Shown here piece after piece: positions 47,838-52,720 of a DNA stretch of 52,720 bases. Each line of letters opens with the position of its first letter. Position 1 is the stretch's first letter. The translations under genes were made by a program, and so were the position numbers. The stretch comes from an uncultured Eubacteriales bacterium (lineage in GTDB: Bacteria > Bacillota > Clostridia > Oscillospirales > Acutalibacteraceae). The stretch is from contig CAKVBG010000001.1 in the NCBI GenBank assembly GCA_934725345.1, forward strand, positions 1 through 52,720, given 5' to 3'. A model generated the notes under the pieces. That model did not search any database, was not told the origin of the DNA, and worked only from the letters and a program-made list of their open reading frames with translations.

Positions 47838-48083
47838 TTACCTCCTTCTTATTCCACTTGCTACTGTTCTTCCTGTTTCCTGTTCTTCTTCTGTTTCAAT
47901 GTTTATTGGTTCTGCTTCATATGTTTCAAACTCTGGTTCTCTATCTTCTACTACTGCAAGTGCTAATTCTAAACCATTATGCAAACCACAACTATAATCA
48001 TCTGTTATATTTTGTACTTGTATTTCTTTTAACATTCCGATTGTTTCATGTATTCTCCTATATTCTTTCCAATATTTAAACAT
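47838..48083 (-). CDS. hypothetical protein (81 aa)
   Basis: ATG at 48083 with an AGAGAGG SD. Acidic C-terminal half. Confidence 0.55.
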   Translation of the reverse strand: MFKYWKEYRRIHETIGMLKEIQVQNITDDYSCGLHNGLELALAVVEDREPEFETYEAEPINIETEEEQETGRTVASGIRRR

Positions 48084-48152
48084 ATCTCATATACCTCTCT
48101 AAGCTTCTATTTGCCGTTTTAAGACACTTTATCATTATAAGCTTATATTTCC

Positions 48153-49511
48153 TTAACCTGCTTTTGTATTTGCTTTATAGTCCTTTAAATCCGCTACTGT
48201 ATAATTGTTCAATGCATATGCAATACCATCCAATGTATGCGCATCTATATTAAATTCATCATAAATGATATTGCCCTGTTTATCTTTTGCATATGTTAAA
48301 TCTTTTAACTCCCTTATTGTGTTTTTACATTTTGGGGAACAAACAATTTTATTAAAACGCTTCAACTTCTTCACATTTTGTAATTTACTTCCTGCATACT
48401 TTTTACAACCATACATTGTAAAACCTTCCTGTCTGTAATACTGTATTGCTTTTGGCTCGGCTGAATCTGCAAATATAGGCTGTTCACATTTTTCTGCCCT
48501 TTCCTTTACTTTCTGTACACTGTCAAGTCTTACAAAATTGTTATCTGTTATATGGTTTCTATATACTTCATCATAAATATAAAGTATCTTATTTATATCA
48601 TCTACTGCACAACTCATTAGCGCATTGTAACTTGTTTCAAATCCAAAGTCCAAACCAAAGAAATGATAATGTGCTGATATATTGTTTACTGCCTTTGTAA
48701 ATTCTTTTGCGTTCTTTGCAACTGTAAATTGCGGTAATACACGTAAACCACTTGCACCAAATCTTCCCCACCTTGCCACAAGCCATAAATGCTTATCATT
48801 GTTCTTTAAGTTGTCTAATCGCTTTATATAAGACACTGGAAGAAATGGGTTATCATCCGGCAAACTATGATGGTAATACACGCCATTCTTTTTATTTACA
48901 AGTGTGCGCTTTTTGTATACTTCCTTTTCATTCTGTATTATTTGCTCTTTTCCCTTTTCATCTGTATGTACAAAGAATGTATTGTACACCCAGTTCTCTT
49001 TTCCTATAGGGTTAGTTGTCATAATAAAGTGTAGTGTTTTGTTTGGTTCACGTACACGCCCTAAAAGTTCTGTATATGCCGCAAATGTTATCTCACTACA
49101 TTCTTCCATCCATACGATACTTACACCGTGTACAGACTTAATCTTTTCTACATTGTCCAATCCTTTGAATATTATTCTACTGCCATTCGGAAAACGTATT
49201 TCCATAGGACTTGCTATTGCTATTACTTCTCCATTTGTACTACTTGTGTGTCGTGCTTCTCTGGAAGATAAAATACCTAAATCTGTTAGTATTTCTTTGA
49301 ACAGTGCAAAACAACTTTCTCGTATTGTATCCTTTACCTGCCGTACTACAAGTGCTGTTCTTTTCTCTTCCATTAACTTGATTATGATTTTTAATGCTAC
49401 ATGATATGATTTTCCAGAACCATACCCACCAAATAATAAATACTGTTCATATTCCCAATCTGTTAGGAAATTTGCAAAACGATTAGAAACATTGATGTTC
49501 AACTCTGACAT
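48153..49511 (-). CDS. terL: terminase large subunit (452 aa)
   Basis: ATG at 49511 after AAAGGAGAGG (the track start at 49535 is TTG). Walker A LLFGGYGSGKSYHV, Walker B-like SIVWMEEC, and a C-terminal nuclease region with FADSAEP. Confidence 0.85.
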   Translation of the reverse strand: MSELNINVSNRFANFLTDWEYEQYLLFGGYGSGKSYHVALKIIIKLMEEKRTALVVRQVKDTIRESCFALFKEILTDLGILSSREARHTSSTNGEVIAIASPMEIRFPNGSRIIFKGLDNVEKIKSVHGVSIVWMEECSEITFAAYTELLGRVREPNKTLHFIMTTNPIGKENWVYNTFFVHTDEKGKEQIIQNEKEVYKKRTLVNKKNGVYYHHSLPDDNPFLPVSYIKRLDNLKNNDKHLWLVARWGRFGASGLRVLPQFTVAKNAKEFTKAVNNISAHYHFFGLDFGFETSYNALMSCAVDDINKILYIYDEVYRNHITDNNFVRLDSVQKVKERAEKCEQPIFADSAEPKAIQYYRQEGFTMYGCKKYAGSKLQNVKKLKRFNKIVCSPKCKNTIRELKDLTYAKDKQGNIIYDEFNIDAHTLDGIAYALNNYTVADLKDYKANTKAG

Positions 49512-49537
49512 TCTGTTTCCTCTCCTTTTATACAACT

Positions 49538-49579
49538 ATAAGCAAGATATAGCTCTTTTACCTGCTACACCTTGCTTAT
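49538..49579 (-). promoter_or_regulatory. 5'-terminal stem-loop in the terL mRNA leader
   Basis: Perfect 9-bp inverted repeat ATAAGCAAG(49538-49546)/CTTGCTTAT(49571-49579) with a 24-nt loop. It begins within a few nt of the predicted TSS. Confidence 0.45.
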
Positions 49580-49583
49580 AATT

Positions 49584-49612
49584 ATTATACCATATTTAAT
49601 TTTGTTATGCAA
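49584..49612 (-). promoter_or_regulatory. sigma-A/sigma-70-type promoter of the terL-fibre-lysis operon
   Basis: TTGCAT(49612-49607)-aacaaaattaaatatgg-TATAAT(49589-49584), with a TGg extended -10. Confidence 0.75.
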
Positions 49613-49615
49613 TGC

Positions 49616-49909
49616 CTATTTTAAAATATTTCCCAAAATATCTTTTATGATATCTTCTGCTAATTCTTTATTTGCTTCATCCATATGCTTTTTATATTTT
49701 TCACCATGAACTGCTTCCATACATTCATCTCTGTAAATCAATAATGTCTGTGCTTTAAGCTGTAAAAACTCATTTCTCTTTTCATCCTTCGCTTCTTCCT
49801 CTACTGTTTCCGACAAGAAACAATTTAAAACAACTGCCATACTTTCCAATAATATATCCTGCTTCTTTTCAATTCTTTCTAATGTTTCAATCACTTTGTT
49901 TTCTTCCAT
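49616..49909 (-). CDS. hypothetical helical protein (97 aa); alternative small-terminase candidate by position only
   Basis: ATG at 49909, 6 nt after GGAGGG. Immediately upstream of terL but separated from it by a promoter. Confidence 0.5.
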   Translation of the reverse strand: MEENKVIETLERIEKKQDILLESMAVVLNCFLSETVEEEAKDEKRNEFLQLKAQTLLIYRDECMEAVHGEKYKKHMDEANKELAEDIIKDILGNILK

Positions 49910-49960
49910 TTGTTTTCCCTCCATAATGGTTTATTTGTTTTCTATAGGCTTATACCTAAA

Positions 49961-50034
49961 TGGGTCATGTAGGACTCGAACCTACGACCGTTCGCTTATG
50001 AGGCGAATGTTCTAACCAACTGAACTAATGACCC
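49961..50034 (-). tRNA. tRNA-Met (anticodon CAU; elongator-type or Ile2-type, not initiator-like)
   Basis: Full cloverleaf read by hand: acceptor GGGTCAT/ATGACCC, D arm GTTC-AGTTGGTTA-GAAC, anticodon arm TTCGC-CTCATAA-GCGAA, T arm GTAGG-TTCGAGT-CCTAC, discriminator A. No encoded CCA. Confidence 0.9.
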
Positions 50035-50130
50035 TTGCGCGGCTTTTCACACTGTAGGACTGCTACTCAACCGCATAGCTTTTATCAATGAAGAACTAAG
50101 TATGTTTTGTATAGCTTGTTTGCTATACAG

Positions 50131-50202
50131 CTACCCTAGTTGGACTCGAACCAACAATAACAAGAGTCAAATTCTTGTGCGTTACCATTTCGCCATAGGG
50201 CA
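50131..50202 (-). tRNA. tRNA-Gln (anticodon UUG)
   Basis: Cloverleaf: acceptor TGCCCTA/TAGGGTA (one G-U), D arm GCG-AAATGGTAA-CGC, anticodon arm CAAGA-ATTTGAC-TCTTG, T arm GTTGG-TTCGAGT-CCAAC, discriminator G. Confidence 0.85.
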
Positions 50203-50285
50203 TTGTGTAGGGTGTATGTTTTTTTGTGAGGGGGATACACACCCTACATGAAAAAGAGTAAGTTTACTTCTGTGTTTTAATGACT

Positions 50286-50537
50286 TTAACACCTGTCAAT
50301 CTTTTCAGCAAGTTCCTTTGATAATTTGAAATCACTTCTTTTGTAGCACTGTTCTAAATCATCATAATATGTTCTGCCTATACACCATATGTTATATGTT
50401 TGATATGACATAAATAAAATGAAATCATTATTCTTCAATACCACAAACGGAACATAGCTTGTCTTGAATCTTGTCAATTTTATGTTTTCAATATTGTTTT
50501 CACAATACTCTAAGAATTTTGTTCGTGCTATTCTCAT
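50286..50537 (-). CDS. hypothetical early protein (83 aa)
   Basis: ATG at 50537. Weak SD. Preceded by a 19-codon micro-ORF (50551-50610) that has a strong SD. Confidence 0.55.
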   Translation of the reverse strand: MRIARTKFLEYCENNIENIKLTRFKTSYVPFVVLKNNDFILFMSYQTYNIWCIGRTYYDDLEQCYKRSDFKLSKELAEKIDRC

Positions 50538-50643
50538 TGTTCTGTATACTCTAACTCTTATCAGCTTCTACTAAATTCCAAACCTTTTTGATTGCTTCTG
50601 TTCTTTTCATAACTTTTGTTCTCCTTTGTTTCTTTCTGATTAT

Positions 50644-50672
50644 ATATTAACATATTGTTCTGCATTTGTCAA
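50644..50672 (-). promoter_or_regulatory. sigma-A/sigma-70-type promoter
   Basis: TTGACA(50672-50667)-aatgcagaacaatatgt-TAATAT(50649-50644). Confidence 0.75.
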
Positions 50673-50682
50673 GATATATTTT

Positions 50683-50856
50683 TTAAAATCCTTTTCTTCT
50701 CATTTCTTCTTCTAATTCTATTAACTCATTCCACAATTCTTTTTCTCTAACCTGTGAGATACTATTTTCTGGATGTTCTTTTAAGAAATCATTTTCTCTT
50801 GCCCATATACTTAATAATTCATCATGTGCTAATTCATATAATCTTTGTTCTTTCAT
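50683..50856 (-). CDS. hypothetical early small protein (57 aa)
   Basis: ATG at 50856, 7 nt after GGAGGA (the track start at 50871 is GTG within the SD). Confidence 0.55.
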   Translation of the reverse strand: MKEQRLYELAHDELLSIWARENDFLKEHPENSISQVREKELWNELIELEEEMRRKGF

Positions 50857-50901
50857 TTTCGTGTCCTCCACTTTCTTTTGTTTTCTTTATCTTATGTACT
50901 T

Positions 50902-50930
50902 ATTATATACTATTTACTTTGTTTTGTCAA
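50902..50930 (-). promoter_or_regulatory. sigma-A/sigma-70-type promoter
   Basis: TTGACA(50930-50925)-aaacaaagtaaatagta-TATAAT(50907-50902). Confidence 0.8.
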
Positions 50931-50939
50931 TACTTTTTT

Positions 50940-51101
50940 TTATAACATTTTCTTTAAATCTTCAATTGTCATGTTATCTTCTACAAGCTCACCTTGCATA
51001 TTCCATAACTCATATTTGTTTTCTTCTGTTCCATAGAATCCATCAAACTGATTAAATACCATGTAGCCTTTGTTTTCTAATGCTTTAATAATTTCTTTCA
51101 T
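50940..51101 (-). CDS. hypothetical early small protein (53 aa)
   Basis: Below the track cutoff. GGAGG SD. Translation: MKEIIKALENKGYMVFNQFDGFYGTEENKYELWNMQGELVEDNMTIEDLKKML. Confidence 0.55.
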   Translation of the reverse strand: MKEIIKALENKGYMVFNQFDGFYGTEENKYELWNMQGELVEDNMTIEDLKKML

Positions 51102-51147
51102 TTTGTTTTACCTCCAACCTTTTGTATTACTTGTTCCTTATGAATAT

Positions 51148-51176
51148 ATAATAACATAATACTTAGGGATAGTCAA
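51148..51176 (-). promoter_or_regulatory. sigma-A/sigma-70-type promoter
   Basis: TTGACT(51176-51171)-atccctaagtattatgt-TATTAT(51153-51148). Confidence 0.6.
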
Positions 51177-51183
51177 TACTTAT

Positions 51184-51330
51184 TTACATATATTTTCTAA
51201 GCTCTTCTGCATGTTTTAACATTGCAACTTTTTGTTCTTCACTTACATCTGAATTGACAATACTTTCAATGTATCTTGCAATTGCCTGTTCCTTTTCTGT
51301 TTCATTCATTTTAATACTTACATTCTTCAT
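51184..51330 (-). CDS. hypothetical early small protein (48 aa)
   Basis: Below the track cutoff. AAAGGAAA SD. Translation: MKNVSIKMNETEKEQAIARYIESIVNSDVSEEQKVAMLKHAEELRKYM. Confidence 0.5.
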   Translation of the reverse strand: MKNVSIKMNETEKEQAIARYIESIVNSDVSEEQKVAMLKHAEELRKYM

Positions 51331-51373
51331 AACTTTTTGTTTCCTTTCTTTTGTTTTCCTCTTTCTAATTATT

Positions 51374-51402
51374 ATAATACTATATTATATATTAAATGTC
51401 AA
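51374..51402 (-). promoter_or_regulatory. sigma-A/sigma-70-type promoter
   Basis: TTGACA(51402-51397)-tttaatatataatatag-TATTAT(51379-51374). Confidence 0.65.
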
Positions 51403-51423
51403 TATGTTTTTATAAATTTATTC

Positions 51424-51455
51424 AAAAAAAATAAGCACTCCAATTAAGGAATGCT
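51424..51455 (-). terminator. strong intrinsic terminator after the GT-A-like gene
   Basis: Minus RNA: AGCAUUCC-uuaauu-GGAGUGCU (8 bp, one U-G) followed by UAUUUUUUUU. The stem overlaps the stop codon. Confidence 0.8.
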
Positions 51456-52311
51456 ATTTCTTGTATTTATCACTTATTATCTTTGGTGTGCAATTATTCC
51501 AACTTACACTATGATGCAGTCGCATTGTACTTTTCTTTCCGCCCATCATATTTATTGTTACACAACTAGGACAACACATTACGCTGTAGAAACTTTTCAA
51601 ATATGTTCCACTATCTAAATACTGTTCACTCATTCCGCCTTTTTGTTTCTGTGTTTGTATTTGTTCTATTACCACATCTGTATACGTGAATAAGAGTTTT
51701 CCTTGTACTCCTAATAATGTATATGTATTTACGTCCTCGTTGACTCTTCCTATAAACTCGAATACTCTGTTCGTTTTACAAAAGAAGCTATTCATAGCCT
51801 TGCGAAGTATTTTATCTTTAAAACGTTTGTTATCCTTACCACCGATAAAGTCTCCACCTTGTGCAAATGCTACTGTTACTGCTTTCGTTTCATCTAAGAA
51901 GTCTAACATATAATCAAATAGTTCATTTGCATTTGTTACTGGAACACTTTTAAACTTTTTATCCCGTATTACCTTATAAGCAAGTTGTGTATAGTCATCA
52001 TCAAATTCTAGGAAATATTCATAACCTAATTTCTTTGCTATTTCAAAACAAGCATTTCTTGCATAGAATATTGTTCTATGTTCATCAAAGTTATCCATCT
52101 GGTCGTATCTATTTGCTATATCCTGTTTATCAAATACATAAACATTGTTCTTTCCATATATCCTTTTATATTCATTTTCTAATTCATCTTCATCATCTAT
52201 CACAAGAATTATTTTGCCGGTATATCCTGCTTTCTGCAATGTCTTTAATGTTTTTATATTTCCTGCTCTACCATGTGTAAGAATAAACACCACAAAACTT
52301 TTATGCTTCAT
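51454..52311 (-). CDS. GT-A-fold-like glycosyltransferase (putative, 285 aa)
   Basis: ATG at 52311 after GAGGTGAAGAGG (the track start at 52320 is GTG). N-terminal strand-loop FVVFILTHGR, acidic VIDDEDE, and a DXD-type LEFDDDY. Cys-rich C-terminus. Confidence 0.45.
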   Translation of the reverse strand: MKHKSFVVFILTHGRAGNIKTLKTLQKAGYTGKIILVIDDEDELENEYKRIYGKNNVYVFDKQDIANRYDQMDNFDEHRTIFYARNACFEIAKKLGYEYFLEFDDDYTQLAYKVIRDKKFKSVPVTNANELFDYMLDFLDETKAVTVAFAQGGDFIGGKDNKRFKDKILRKAMNSFFCKTNRVFEFIGRVNEDVNTYTLLGVQGKLLFTYTDVVIEQIQTQKQKGGMSEQYLDSGTYLKSFYSVMCCPSCVTINMMGGKKSTMRLHHSVSWNNCTPKIISDKYKK

Positions 52312-52720
52312 CCTCTTCACCTCTTAGCAGTGCTACTTGTTCACTAAGCTGTACATATCCTTTTGCTATAGCATCTTCAAAGTCTATTATCACAAGCGCA
52401 CTATCTTCCATTAGTTCTTGCATTTCCTTATCTGCTTGCGCATAGTATTCTGCAATCTTAGTATAATTAAAACATAAATGCCTGTACGCTCCTAATCTTA
52501 AAAATCTTTTTTCTTCCTCACTTACATTGCTTTCTTTTATTCTTCTTAGCAGTTCATTTGTTTTGCTTACGTCTACAAGTTCATTTAACTCTGGTATTTC
52601 TCCTTTTATTTCATACTGTGGAATATTTGTTTTCATTGTGTATTTTTTTTCTTCTTCTTCCATTTCTTCTGCTATATTAAATCCAAACAATTCCATCTGC
52701 ATTTCCTGTAGTTCATTTAG
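52301..52720 (-). CDS. ParB/Srx-like protein, 3' part (same gene as 1-398; 52644-52720 duplicates 1-77)
   Basis: The track ORF starting MQMELFGFNIAEEMEEEEKK is an internal Met of the junction-spanning gene. The helical C-terminal domain ends at the stop 52301-52303. Confidence 0.75.
   Translation of the reverse strand, partial: LNELQEMQMELFGFNIAEEMEEEEKKYTMKTNIPQYEIKGEIPELNELVDVSKTNELLRRIKESNVSEEEKRFLRLGAYRHLCFNYTKIAEYYAQADKEMQELMEDSALVIIDFEDAIAKGYVQLSEQVALLRGEEDEA
52644..52720. repeat. Second copy of the 77-bp terminal repeat
   Basis: Exact identity with bases 1-77. Confidence 0.95.

Noticed and set aside
50035-50130. Possible third, degenerate tRNA in the 96-nt spacer between the two tRNAs
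   Set aside because: It cannot be folded into a cloverleaf. There is no T-arm GTTCRA-like loop and no 7-bp acceptor pairing; only a simple 7-bp hairpin is present.
1-52720. Stop-codon reassignment or a suppressor-tRNA system, as in some gut phages
   Set aside because: Large genes (DnaE, TMP, portal, TerL, fibre) are intact under the standard bacterial code. The two tRNAs have sense anticodons (CAU, UUG). The only suspicious in-frame stop is the single TAA at 25895-25897.
1-52720. CRISPR array, diversity-generating retroelement, retron, integrase/repressor lysogeny module, or classical toxin-antitoxin pair
   Set aside because: I saw no spaced direct-repeat array, no reverse-transcriptase-like ORF (no YxDD motif protein), no tyrosine or serine recombinase motifs and no divergent repressor/Cro pair. 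The only repeated elements I noticed are the promoters, the 77-bp ends, the 25-nt tail module and the TMP duplication.

Overview
The window is a complete, circularly closed phage genome. Bases 1-77 are repeated exactly at 52644-52720, giving a unique length of 52,643 bp, and joining the ends keeps a ParB-like ORF in frame. The genome is visibly AT-rich. Every credible gene (about 95 CDS and 2 tRNAs) lies on the minus strand. The plus-strand ORFs in the supplied track are T-rich, F/L/S-rich shadows of these genes. Many track ORFs also begin at GTG/TTG extensions that run into promoters or upstream genes, so I trimmed them to ATG codons with AGGAG-type Shine-Dalgarno sites.

Layout in transcription order (descending coordinates, wrapping through the junction):
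1. Early region, 22563 -> 1 -> 52720 -> 49616. It holds many tiny promoter-gene units, a J-domain protein, and a replication/recombination module: DnaG-type primase, gp32-like SSB, truncated DnaE, RecA, Cas4-like nuclease, RuvC, RNase HI. It also holds MazG-like, ParB-like and GT-A-like proteins and two tRNAs (Met-CAU, Gln-UUG).
2. TerL / receptor-binding / lysis operon, 49612-41004.
3. Portal-head-tail operon, 40828-25385. It has an SPP1-like portal and gp7, scaffold, a gpD-like decoration protein, an E-family capsid, a tape measure and no sheath, so the tail is long and non-contractile.
4. An insulated five-gene orphan cassette, 25318-22606.

Nineteen near-consensus sigma-A/sigma-70 promoters (TTGACA-N16-18-TATAAT, often with a TGn extension) and about 11 hairpin terminators can be read directly. 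Promoter and RBS style, a PGRP-type amidase with ChW-like repeats and a BhlA-like protein suggest a low-GC Gram-positive (Clostridia-like) host; this is inference. I found no integrase, repressor, CRISPR array, reverse transcriptase or recoding signal.

The candidates most worth follow-up are:
- the orphan Q/N-rich, Gly/Trp-rich and Cys-rich cassette;
- a riboswitch/attenuator-like structured leader at 2252-2475;
- three terminator hairpins that carry the -35 element of the next promoter;
- an HsdM-like SAM-binding protein without the catalytic NPPY/F motif;
- a shared acidic DDW tail, conserved at nucleotide level, on unrelated early proteins.

All functional calls come from motif reading by eye; no database search was run.
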